Shown: one piece after another, positions 21,394 through 30,012 of the stretch | How the letters are laid out: every line of letters starts with the position of its first letter | How positions within the stretch are numbered: position 1 is the first letter of the stretch | Assembly: GCA_963664395.2 (NCBI GenBank) | Contig: OY761159.2 | Coordinates: 3,904,001 to 3,968,000, forward strand | Length of the DNA stretch: 64,000 nucleotides | From: Candidatus Binatia bacterium | GTDB lineage: Bacteria > Desulfobacterota > Binatia > Bin18 | Direction of reading: 5' to 3' | The notes under the pieces: model-generated | Seen by the model: the letters and a program-made list of their open reading frames with translations, nothing else | What the model was told of the DNA's origin: nothing | Databases searched by the model: none | Program-made: the position numbers and the translations under genes

Positions 21394-22536
21394 TCACGAT
21401 GCTGGAGCCAGGAGTTCGTAATAGAGGGCTTCATTGGCGCGCGCCGTTGTCTCGATATCAAAATACGTCCGGACTCTGGTTTGTCCCTGGGTGCCTAAAG
21501 TCTTCGCCCAGTCAGGACGGTGCACGCACTGGAGGAGAGCTTTCCGTAAGGCTGAGGGATCCTGGGCCGGTATCAGGAGACCAGTTTCTCCATCGGTTAT
21601 GAGCTCAGGAATACCACCAACCCGGCTTGCCACCACAGGGAGACCCGCCGCCAGCGCTTCAATAACGGCGACGCCCAGGCCTTCCCAGACAGGAGTGTGG
21701 ACGAAAATATCTGCGGCAGCTAGATACGCGGGCACGTCTCGACAAAATCCAGCAAAGTGAAACACGGAAGCCAAGCCAAGCGCTCGCACTCGGGCTTCTA
21801 ATTCCTGCCGGAGTGGTCCATCCCCGCAGATGAGGTAATGGAGGGATCGCGCTTGGCCGGTCTGCTCAGCGGACTGACCCTGTTGACGGTAGGAGTGGAG
21901 CTGGGCGGCTGCTTCGATCAGTGTGTGAGGCGATTTGCGCTGCGTCAGCGCACCGGCCATGAGAATAACCGTAGTATCCTCGCCGAGTCCGTATTGGCGT
22001 CGCATAGCCCTGCGTTGGGCGGCAGTTGGCCGAAACTGCGTGGTGTCAATCCCGCTCGGGATGATACGGATGGGCCTGTCGGAAACAGGCGCGGTTCCCA
22101 GTGCCGCCGCTACGCCCGAGGAGATCGCGATGATCATGTCAACTTGGTTGCCATACAGAAGCCGACTCCACCACCCCGTCTTGATCGGATAATCCATCCG
22201 ACGCGTGACCAGGCGGCGAACTGGCAGGGCGTGGAGCCACGGGCTGAGGGCATGGGCTCTGGCCGTATGAAAATGCACCAGATCGTAATATTCCCTACGG
22301 ACTAGACGGCGTAGCCGCCAGCCCGCCAGGCCATCAAGATGATTACGGACCGAGAGAGGCTGAACGGTGAGGTGGTCGTGTTGGAGGCGCTGAGCCAAGA
22401 CGCCGTGCAGCGGAGTTGCCACGTGGGAGACATGGCCAGCTCGGTGGAGATAGCGGGTCAGGCCCAACACTTGGGCCTCGCCGCCTCCCCAATTCCGCTC
22501 TGGGTCAACGTGCAGAATCCGTAACCGGCGTGTCAT
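21394..22536 (-). CDS. Glycosyltransferase family 4 (LPS core)
   Basis: WGGGE.Q, GIDT, EGLGVAVIEALAAGLPVVASRVGGIPE; start MTRRLRILH preferred. Confidence 0.9.
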   Translation of the reverse strand: MTRRLRILHVDPERNWGGGEAQVLGLTRYLHRAGHVSHVATPLHGVLAQRLQHDHLTVQPLSVRNHLDGLAGWRLRRLVRREYYDLVHFHTARAHALSPWLHALPVRRLVTRRMDYPIKTGWWSRLLYGNQVDMIIAISSGVAAALGTAPVSDRPIRIIPSGIDTTQFRPTAAQRRAMRRQYGLGEDTTVILMAGALTQRKSPHTLIEAAAQLHSYRQQGQSAEQTGQARSLHYLICGDGPLRQELEARVRALGLASVFHFAGFCRDVPAYLAAADIFVHTPVWEGLGVAVIEALAAGLPVVASRVGGIPELITDGETGLLIPAQDPSALRKALLQCVHRPDWAKTLGTQGQTRVRTYFDIETTARANEALYYELLAPAS

Positions 22537-24163
22537 GAGAAGTGTTCCGAGGCGAGCGCAGCGTAGAATCTGAGGCCTGCTCCCACAGCTTGGCATATTT
22601 AAGGAAAACGTAGAATGCAGAGGTCACAGCAACAAAAAGGCCGGGAAGCCCGTCTCTGATACAGCCTCGGAGAAAATAAAAACTCAGGAAGCGCCACAAT
22701 GGGCGCAACACCACATCGCTCAGATGCCTCTGGTGCTTCCGCAGACTCAGCTCGCGGGACGAGATATCTGTCAGGCTGTTTACGGTGCGGAGATGGTCGC
22801 TGATATCGGTATAGGTGTAGTGATGAAGGTTGCCGCTCAGGCGCTCGGAGCGGCCATGCAGGAGCACTTTCTCATGGGGATCGACACCCCCCCACCGGAC
22901 CTTGTGTTTCCGAAAGAGTCGGAGCCGATAGCTCGGGTACCAGCCGTGCCACCACCAGCGGCCTAAATAGTGGACGAGACGCGGTATGTAGAAGCCATCG
23001 ACTGCGGGGTCATCCCGTTGCAACACCGCCTGAATCTCATTCTGAAGGAGCGGGCTGACTTCTTCATCCGCGTCAATGTTGAGTATCCACTCATGGCTTG
23101 CCTGAGAGAGGGCAAACCGTTTTTGCTCAACATAGCCCGGCCACGCACGCTGAATGATACGAGTCGAATAGTCTTGACAGATCTCTAGGGTCGTATCGGT
23201 GGAAAATGAGTCAACCACAATGATCTCGTCGCACCACTTGACGCTTTCAAGACAGCGTTGAATAACCTGCTCCTCATTAAAGCAGACAATACAGCATGAG
23301 ACGGGGCGCCGGGGAGCGCCGAGTGTCTGTTCGCTGGCTATAGACGCCGTGCGACGCCGTTTTCGTTTGGCGTATTCGCGGTCTTTGCGGCGACGCACAG
23401 ACTGCAACTTTTCGAGCCAGAAGCGGCGCTGCCTGGCTGATGGCAGCGAAGGACCGAGATAGGCATACAAAAAGAACAGCCGCTCGGTCTTCCGGGCTCG
23501 ACGGCCTACAGTCCGATCGAGCTGCACCAGATTTTTGACGCGTCGCTGTAGCCCCAGGCTCGGATCGTATTTGATGCGATCAAGATCAACCAGGCAAAAT
23601 CGCCACCTCGGACCCTGCTGTTCGTCGCATTCTTCCACGAGGAGGTTGGCGTCTCTCAGATCTCCGCTATACAGGCCGGCCGCGTGAAAAGACCGCACGA
23701 AGAGGGCCAGTTCGCGGAGAAAGAGACGCCGCTGCGCCACAGACCAGTGTGGCGCGGATTCCCGCCAATAGTCCGAAAGTGGGGGATGCGGTAGCGCCTG
23801 GCTGATATACACACTTTCCTGCACCAAGCCGGCTTTTCGCTTCTCCACAACGGCCAAGGGTTGAGGAACGGGAAAGCCATGCGTCTGTAATAGTCGTGCT
23901 CCACGCCACGACCGGCGGGCCGGGGAGCCATGGATCAAGGCATCCGCCCGGCGACGCCAGTGCGTCAGTCGGTGGCGTTTGACAACGACTGACTGGATTG
24001 AGTCGGACATGAGCGTCACGGTCGTGCCCGCGTCCTGTTTGAGAATACGGGTGCACTGCCAATGGATTGGCTGTGAAGAAACGAGGTCGGTGACTCGCGC
24101 GGCATCCAGGTGTGAATGGATAATGGCGGGCAAAGTCGTTCTTGCAGAACTCGTAACGCTCAC
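22505..24163 (-). CDS. Fusion of Kdo/WaaP-type LPS kinase and GT2 (WaaE/KdtX-like) glycosyltransferase
   Basis: N-half: VVKR, GDLRDANLLV, LVDLD; C-half: CFNEE..I..CL.S, VVDSFSTD.T, IDADE, YP....RLF, VHE-like PHE. Confidence 0.85.
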   Translation of the reverse strand: MSVTSSARTTLPAIIHSHLDAARVTDLVSSQPIHWQCTRILKQDAGTTVTLMSDSIQSVVVKRHRLTHWRRRADALIHGSPARRSWRGARLLQTHGFPVPQPLAVVEKRKAGLVQESVYISQALPHPPLSDYWRESAPHWSVAQRRLFLRELALFVRSFHAAGLYSGDLRDANLLVEECDEQQGPRWRFCLVDLDRIKYDPSLGLQRRVKNLVQLDRTVGRRARKTERLFFLYAYLGPSLPSARQRRFWLEKLQSVRRRKDREYAKRKRRRTASIASEQTLGAPRRPVSCCIVCFNEEQVIQRCLESVKWCDEIIVVDSFSTDTTLEICQDYSTRIIQRAWPGYVEQKRFALSQASHEWILNIDADEEVSPLLQNEIQAVLQRDDPAVDGFYIPRLVHYLGRWWWHGWYPSYRLRLFRKHKVRWGGVDPHEKVLLHGRSERLSGNLHHYTYTDISDHLRTVNSLTDISSRELSLRKHQRHLSDVVLRPLWRFLSFYFLRGCIRDGLPGLFVAVTSAFYVFLKYAKLWEQASDSTLRSPRNTSHDTPVTDSAR

Positions 24164-24177
24164 AACGACGGGCTTCC

Positions 24178-25422
24178 CTACATATAGCCGAGATCGGTCA
24201 GACGCTTTTCCAGGTCGGCCTTTTCGGTTTCTGACATAACAAACTCCGGCGTTGCGGTAAGCGGGCCGCGTCGGATGTCCTCAATCCGGTGCTGAAGCAG
24301 CCCGGCCATATCTTGGCGTTGGTTGACCAAGTTGTACCGCTCCGCAGGATCGTTCGGGAGGTTATACAGCTCTGCCGGAATCTGCGGATTGTTGGGAGCG
24401 TGGATGTATTTCCACTCGGGTGTACGCCAACCGACCCGCTGATCGCGCGGATCTGAACGAACGCGCAAAAATGCTTCGATATAGGCCTCCAGGCCGAGCG
24501 GGGCATCATCCAGTAGCGCCGGTTTGATACTCGTGCCATGAATCCCACTTGGAACCGGGGCGCCAACGAGGTCCAGCAAGGTTGGCACTGCGTCGATCTG
24601 GCGGACGAGTTGAGGGACGAGTTTGCCTGTCGGCAAGCGGCAGGAGTCTGCCCCGGCTCCCAGCATAGAAAAGACCAGCGGCACCCGCACGAGATCCTCA
24701 GAAACGTCCATCTCATGCCCTTCGCGCTTGATCGTTTTACGTCCGGATAAGTCACGCACGAGGCGATACCAACGGTATTGGAGGTCGGTCTTGACGACAT
24801 GTTCGCCATGGTCGCCATGCACCACGACCAGGGTATTTTCAGGCAGCCCGGCCAGCAGTCTGTCCAATTCGACATCCAGACACGAGAGCGCACGCTCGTA
24901 ACGATTCCGGCCGTAGGCCCGGCCTCGGAAAGCCGGCAGGATATGACGGTGATGATGCAGTTCCCATAAGTGGAGAAATCCGAACCAGGGTTGCCGGACC
25001 GTCAGGCTTTGCAGGCGCTGCCGAAAATCCGTGCCCCAAGATGTGGACAGGTAGGCTGATCCCTCTCGAAAGTGATAGACATCAAAGCCGCGATCCAGAT
25101 CGGTCTCCGGAAAGAGTGGGCCACTCACTTCCGCCCAGGTGTGGTAGCCCTGCGCCCGGAAGGCGTCGGCCAAAGACGGGGCTGCCGGATTCAGTTTCAG
25201 ACCGAAAATTGAACGAATGCCGTGCACGAAAGAGTGGCTGCCAGTCAGCAGGCTGGCCACGCAGGGCGTTGTCGACGAAGCCGAGGCAATGGCCTGCGTA
25301 CAGGCCACACCGGAGCGAACAAGGCGATCCAGAGCCGGCGTACGCGCGCCTCGGTCCTCGCCGACAACGGCGTCTGCGCGCAAACAGTCGATTAAGAGAA
25401 AGAGGATATTAGGACGATTCAT
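24178..25422 (-). CDS. Sulfatase-like / alkaline phosphatase superfamily hydrolase or transferase (Thr nucleophile)
   Basis: PNILFLLIDCLRAD, STTPCVASLLTG, GDHGE, RVPL, ELYNL..DP.E..NL, C-terminal LGY. Confidence 0.85.
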   Translation of the reverse strand: MNRPNILFLLIDCLRADAVVGEDRGARTPALDRLVRSGVACTQAIASASSTTPCVASLLTGSHSFVHGIRSIFGLKLNPAAPSLADAFRAQGYHTWAEVSGPLFPETDLDRGFDVYHFREGSAYLSTSWGTDFRQRLQSLTVRQPWFGFLHLWELHHHRHILPAFRGRAYGRNRYERALSCLDVELDRLLAGLPENTLVVVHGDHGEHVVKTDLQYRWYRLVRDLSGRKTIKREGHEMDVSEDLVRVPLVFSMLGAGADSCRLPTGKLVPQLVRQIDAVPTLLDLVGAPVPSGIHGTSIKPALLDDAPLGLEAYIEAFLRVRSDPRDQRVGWRTPEWKYIHAPNNPQIPAELYNLPNDPAERYNLVNQRQDMAGLLQHRIEDIRRGPLTATPEFVMSETEKADLEKRLTDLGYM

Positions 25423-25459
25423 ATAGATATGCCGGCTGACGCTGATTCCTGGGCCGCGC

Positions 25460-26500
25460 TTATGTCAGCTGGCCACGATCAAGGATGTTACGCGCCTTCT
25501 CAAGTACGTGCTCGGGGGTAATGCGCTGCATACACGCCCGCTGAATTCTACAGTCTCGCGTATAACACGGACTACACGATGCCGGTCCGCGCAGAACAAA
25601 ATCTTCCGAACCCCATGGGGCCGAGCGGATAGGGCTGGTGGCGCCCCACAAGGAAATCACAGGCGTTCCAACTGCTGCTGCAATATGCATGGGGCCTGAA
25701 TCCGGTCCAATGCCGAGCCGGGCACGCGAAAAAATACCGATCAGATCACGCACACTCGTTTTCCCACTCAAATCCGTGGCTTTGGTTTCTCCCAGCGCGG
25801 CGCTGACTTGGCTCGCAAACACTACCTCTCCCGGCCCTCCAATCAACACAGTGCCCATATCATACTCCTGCTGAAGGGTCCGTGCCACCTGAGCGGTTGC
25901 CGTTGGAAACCAAAACCGACTTGGCCAGCGCGAGCCAAGAAAAAAGGTGACATACGGACGTGGGGTATCGGCGAGTAAGGCGTCGATATGCCGCTCTTCT
26001 TCTTCCCGCAGCCGGAGGTCAAAGGCTACCCCGTCGTCGGGAAGACCCAGCGCGTCCGCAAAGCGTAGATATTGCCAAAGTTTGAGCGAAAAGTCCGGAA
26101 CGGGATCAATCGTGTGGGTATTACAGAGCCAATTGCCTTCTTTTGTATTCTGACGATGAAACCCCAGCCGAACCGGCGCCCGCGACCAGAGACTGACCAG
26201 GCCACTCTTGGCATGGCGTTGCAGGTCCAGGACCAGATCAAACTGTTTAGCTCGAATCGTTTGGAGAAAAGGCCAAAACTGTCGAGGTCCTTGAGAGCGG
26301 TTGTAGAGCAAGACCTCATTGATGGCGGGGTGCGCTTCAAGCAAGGGCGCTGCCGTCGGTTCCACCGCCCAGGCGATATGCGCCTGTGGATAGCCCCGCC
26401 GGACGCGGGTGAGCAAGGGCAGCGCGCGAGTGACATCCCCAATTGCTCCGAAGAGAAGCACGAGAATACGGCCGGGTTGGGTAGAAAAAAGAGGCGTCAT
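25460..26500 (-). CDS. Glycosyltransferase family 9 (heptosyltransferase, WaaC-like)
   Basis: GAIGDV, VLDLQ..KS, DSGPMHIAAAVGTP.I.LWG.T. Confidence 0.9.
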   Translation of the reverse strand: MTPLFSTQPGRILVLLFGAIGDVTRALPLLTRVRRGYPQAHIAWAVEPTAAPLLEAHPAINEVLLYNRSQGPRQFWPFLQTIRAKQFDLVLDLQRHAKSGLVSLWSRAPVRLGFHRQNTKEGNWLCNTHTIDPVPDFSLKLWQYLRFADALGLPDDGVAFDLRLREEEERHIDALLADTPRPYVTFFLGSRWPSRFWFPTATAQVARTLQQEYDMGTVLIGGPGEVVFASQVSAALGETKATDLSGKTSVRDLIGIFSRARLGIGPDSGPMHIAAAVGTPVISLWGATSPIRSAPWGSEDFVLRGPASCSPCYTRDCRIQRACMQRITPEHVLEKARNILDRGQLT

Positions 26501-26709
26501 AAGTCTTCCGGCTTGAGTCCCGTATGCTTTGCAATGCGACTGAGCATTCGCGGACCGATTTCCTCCCGGTCGTGAAACGCAAAAACGAAATTCTGATAGC
26601 CTTCATGAGATAACGTCCGGTGAGACCCGGAGGTGCGTTTGACTGTCCAACCAATACGCTGCAATGCAGCGAGGACACGTCTTGCACGGGTACTGCGCCA
26701 CCGATTCAT
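26497..26709 (-). CDS. hicA: HicA family toxin (mRNA interferase)
   Basis: 70 aa basic protein; L.RIGW...R.SGSH...H...EIGP.ML..I.K..GL pattern with catalytic GSH. Confidence 0.9.
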   Translation of the reverse strand: MNRWRSTRARRVLAALQRIGWTVKRTSGSHRTLSHEGYQNFVFAFHDREEIGPRMLSRIAKHTGLKPEDL

Positions 26710-26912
26710 GCAGCGGTAAACGTGACTTGAATTGGTTCCACTGGATGTTCACCCGCCTCGATCCGCTCGGCGAGAACCCGGAGCGCCAATGCCTCTGCCT
26801 GAGCAATTGCTGAGTCTCGGGTAGACCCATATTTCATGACTCCGGAGAGTTCGAGGACCTCCGCTATCCAGCGCCCGTCTTCTTCCTGCTCTGTTTCAAT
26901 TGTAAATCGCAT
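26706..26912 (-). CDS. hicB: HicB family antitoxin (short, no DNA-binding domain)
   Basis: 68 aa acidic protein; EQEEDGRWIAEV.EL.GV..YG.T...A...A partial RNase H fold pattern. Confidence 0.88.
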   Translation of the reverse strand: MRFTIETEQEEDGRWIAEVLELSGVMKYGSTRDSAIAQAEALALRVLAERIEAGEHPVEPIQVTFTAA

Positions 26913-27074
26913 ATGACCTCCCGAGTGGTTTCAGACGCCCAATACGTAACACGCTGCTTACTGCAAATGAACAAATCTCGACGTATGGAACTATTCCAAT
27001 ACTGGTTCGAGCATAGCAAAACCCCCCCTGATTGATAATGCTGAATCCAGTCGCCAAAAATTCCTATCCGCGTC

Positions 27075-27851
27075 TCAGGCATTGAGAAAAGCCCTTTGTT
27101 CCACGAGCGGAAGCAACTGCCCCTCAGGATCAAGTTTTGCGATTGAACGTTGAAGGCGGGCAAGGTTTCGTTTGCGATGTGAAGAGGGGAGAGCGGTCAA
27201 AGAGAGGCGCGCACGGTCGAAGTCGATAATGCGCACCTCGTGCCGATCAGAGTCAATACGAACGAGAATATTCGTGAGGTTGAGGTCGGCATGATATATT
27301 CCAGCAGCGTGCATGGTGTTGATCGTCTGTAAGATTTTTTCAGTAACAATCTGCCGTTCCTCTGCTGGCGGTTTGGTTTGGAGCCACTCCCGCCAGTTGA
27401 TAAACCCTTGGGCTTCGCGCGTGATGAGGGTTCCTCGATAGAGTCCAAAAGACGTCCACTCAACCCCAGCGCCAAGGACCTCAACCGTCGGAACGCCTCG
27501 TTTGTGGGCCGTTACTGTGCTGCCTAATTCTACAAAGGGACGAGGTGGATGGTCCCAATACAGATCGTGAATAAAATGACGAACAAAGCCACCACGTCGA
27601 TAGCGACGGACGATAGCAGGACTCTGCCTGTCGAACGGAACGCGATGGATTGTGCCTCGCCCGCCTTGGAGACGGTCTGCCGTGCCGGCGTTGATTCCTT
27701 CTAGGGCTTTGAGCAGTGCGTCCTCTTGCCCGTCTTTGAGCCACCAGCTGTAGGTGGTGGTGGTATGTTCGGTAAATCCATATGGGGATGTGAGAGAACG
27801 GAAGAAGGCGAATCCCGGTCGGGGGGCGGCATTGCTGGCAAGGCGTTTCAT
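27075..27851 (-). CDS. kdkA: Kdo kinase-like lipopolysaccharide kinase (KdkA-like)
   Basis: GGRG, VRRYRRGG, RPF.E, HAAGIYHADLNLTNIL, IIDFD, NLARLQRS..KL as in KdkA; TTG at 27875 is an alternative start. Confidence 0.8.
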   Translation of the reverse strand: MKRLASNAAPRPGFAFFRSLTSPYGFTEHTTTTYSWWLKDGQEDALLKALEGINAGTADRLQGGRGTIHRVPFDRQSPAIVRRYRRGGFVRHFIHDLYWDHPPRPFVELGSTVTAHKRGVPTVEVLGAGVEWTSFGLYRGTLITREAQGFINWREWLQTKPPAEERQIVTEKILQTINTMHAAGIYHADLNLTNILVRIDSDRHEVRIIDFDRARLSLTALPSSHRKRNLARLQRSIAKLDPEGQLLPLVEQRAFLNA

Positions 27852-27875
27852 CTTCCGTTTGCCACTCACTGACAA

Positions 27876-28193
27876 TTATGCCGCATCCGAATGTGAATGA
27901 CCTGAAGGGGTGGATGAACTCCCCCGAGGTTCAGGCGACCCGGCTGTCAGTCCGTTTTGCATTTCCCACAGCTTGGCATAGGCGACAAACACAGCGTAGG
28001 AATCGAACAGCGCTGTCGTCAAGCCAGTCATTCCGCGTCGCCACTCGCCCTTGCCAAGATAGGAAGAAAAGAACGTGCCAAGCGGGGGAAAGATAAAATG
28101 CCGGGCTTTGGCCGGCTTGTTTTGTTTGGCCCATTCTTCGGCGTTTGCCGACGTTGTGGCATTGAGTGCGGCAAAGCGTTCTTGGAGTGTCAT
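27876..28193 (-). CDS. Small protein resembling the C-terminal module of WaaE-like GT2 enzymes
   Basis: PLGTFFSSYL.KG..R.G..GL......YAVFVAYAKLWE matches the tail of the 22505-24163 protein. Confidence 0.7.
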   Translation of the reverse strand: MTLQERFAALNATTSANAEEWAKQNKPAKARHFIFPPLGTFFSSYLGKGEWRRGMTGLTTALFDSYAVFVAYAKLWEMQNGLTAGSPEPRGSSSTPSGHSHSDAA

Positions 28194-28200
28194 GCTCACT

Positions 28201-29268
28201 CTACTGGCTGTGGCTTATCGGCGCAGTCCGAAGCGCAGGTCGTTTGAGAAGCTTATCAACCCCGGCTAACACGTCGTGGGCCGTTACCAGGTGCATACAC
28301 TCTTCAGTGCCACGTGGGCAGGAAGGACCGCCGTGCCGGCGGCAGGGACGACAAAACAAATCCTTTTTTTCAACGACCACCGCATTGTCGCTATACGGAC
28401 CGTAACCTAAGTTTGGCGTCGTCGCACAGAAAATCGCAACAACCGGAACCTGACGCGCAACGGCAAGGTGCATAGGCGCACTGTCATTGCTAATGACCAT
28501 CCGGGCTCGATCAATGAGGGCCATAAACGTTTGCAGGTCGGCCCGACCGGCAAGGTTGAGAAGGCCCGCCACCTGAGCCTGCTCTTCGATCTCCTGCGCT
28601 AGGGGTACGTCATCAGGTCCGCCGCATAACACCACGCGTCCGTAGTGATGGGCAAGAGAACGAACAAGGGCACTATAGCCTGCCGTTGTCCAGCGCTTGG
28701 TATACCAGACCGAGCCCGGACACACCACGAATACAGAGTCGGAGGCGGCAATCCCGGCCTCGTCAAGGAATCGCTGGGCCTTGGTCTGGGTGGCGGGGTG
28801 ATAGGCGACATAGGGTGTGCGGTCGCAGGCTTCGGGCTCAAGACCAAAAGTACGCATGATGCACAAAATACGCTCAACTTCGTGGCGATCGGTGTCTCGC
28901 TGAGCGGTCTGATGATAGAAAAACCAACCGGGACTTTGGCGAAATCCAACCCGGTGTGGAATGCCCGCCAGGGCCAGCAGCAGCGCAGTCCGAAAGGATT
29001 TATGCGGTGCGACCGTCAGCGTAAACCGCTGGCGTCGGAGCCGGCGGGCGGTCCGCAGCATACCGGGAAATCCTCGGTCGTCCCCACGCTTGCTATCCAC
29101 GAGAACGCTGTCCACTGCGGGGTGATCCTGGACCAGCGGTCGCGCCTGGGGGGTCGTGAGGACGGTCAGCGATTCAAGGTCGAGTGCGCGCCGCAGGGTA
29201 CTGAGGAGCGGAGTGGTCAGAATCACGTCCCCAAGAAAACCGGTCTGGGCAACGAGGAGACGCTCCAT
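28201..29268 (-). CDS. waaF: Lipopolysaccharide heptosyltransferase II (GT9)
   Basis: FLGDVILTTP, PGS.W.TKRW, LNLAG, SNDSAPMHLA, C.PC..HG...CP.G...CM. Confidence 0.85.
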   Translation of the reverse strand: MERLLVAQTGFLGDVILTTPLLSTLRRALDLESLTVLTTPQARPLVQDHPAVDSVLVDSKRGDDRGFPGMLRTARRLRRQRFTLTVAPHKSFRTALLLALAGIPHRVGFRQSPGWFFYHQTAQRDTDRHEVERILCIMRTFGLEPEACDRTPYVAYHPATQTKAQRFLDEAGIAASDSVFVVCPGSVWYTKRWTTAGYSALVRSLAHHYGRVVLCGGPDDVPLAQEIEEQAQVAGLLNLAGRADLQTFMALIDRARMVISNDSAPMHLAVARQVPVVAIFCATTPNLGYGPYSDNAVVVEKKDLFCRPCRRHGGPSCPRGTEECMHLVTAHDVLAGVDKLLKRPALRTAPISHSQ

Positions 29269-30005
29269 CAGGCGGTCTCACCTTTCCGGAGTCGCAGCAC
29301 TAAATTATCTTCCAGCAGGAGACGGGGGTGACACAGCCAGCGCAGCAGCTTCCTGTTCTCCTGTCGCTGGTTCGGATTTTTCTCGCGTATCCACAGCGTA
29401 TACCAGGTGTAGGCAATCACGGGTAAGCCCAGTGTCGCCAGCAAGAAACGCGAGTAGAACTTGACTTTGCTGTGCCCCAGACGTTCCAGATTGAGCCCGT
29501 TTTGCTTGCACAGGTAGTATAAGATCGGGAGCTCAATCGGATAGTTGTGAAACCGATGGGCGTGGTTGAGGGGAGTCTCAAATGGAATAAAGCGTCGTTT
29601 GGTCTTGTGGTATCCGCTGAGCATAAAATGCACCCGCGAGTTGAGGCGCATAACATTGGGCGTAGTCAAAATTAACGCTCCGCCGGGTTTGAGAATGCGC
29701 GCTAACTCGCCCAGTGCGGCTTGATGATCTGACAGGTGCTCAATGACCTCAATCAGCAAAACCACATCAAAACTGGCATCGTCGTAGGGCAGCCGGTGAC
29801 GCAGGTCTACGCCGTAATCAATGGGGATGCCGTTCTTGTCCGGCCCGCTGGCTTCAAAGTTGGTCCCTCTGAGGGTGAAACGTCGATGTTGTAACGACGC
29901 TAAAACATCCCCTTCTTTACAGCTGATATCGAGGAGGGTTTTCCCCTCGTCAGGAATATCGGCCAGCAGGGCGGAAACGGCCTGAATAAGAAACGGAGCT
30001 GCCAT
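29268..30005 (-). CDS. Class I SAM-dependent methyltransferase-like protein (degenerate motif I)
   Basis: LPYDDASFDVV...EVIEHL, RILKPGG.LILTTPN; motif I reads LDISCKEG. Confidence 0.8.
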   Translation of the reverse strand: MAAPFLIQAVSALLADIPDEGKTLLDISCKEGDVLASLQHRRFTLRGTNFEASGPDKNGIPIDYGVDLRHRLPYDDASFDVVLLIEVIEHLSDHQAALGELARILKPGGALILTTPNVMRLNSRVHFMLSGYHKTKRRFIPFETPLNHAHRFHNYPIELPILYYLCKQNGLNLERLGHSKVKFYSRFLLATLGLPVIAYTWYTLWIREKNPNQRQENRKLLRWLCHPRLLLEDNLVLRLRKGETA

Positions 30006-30012
30006 GGCGATC

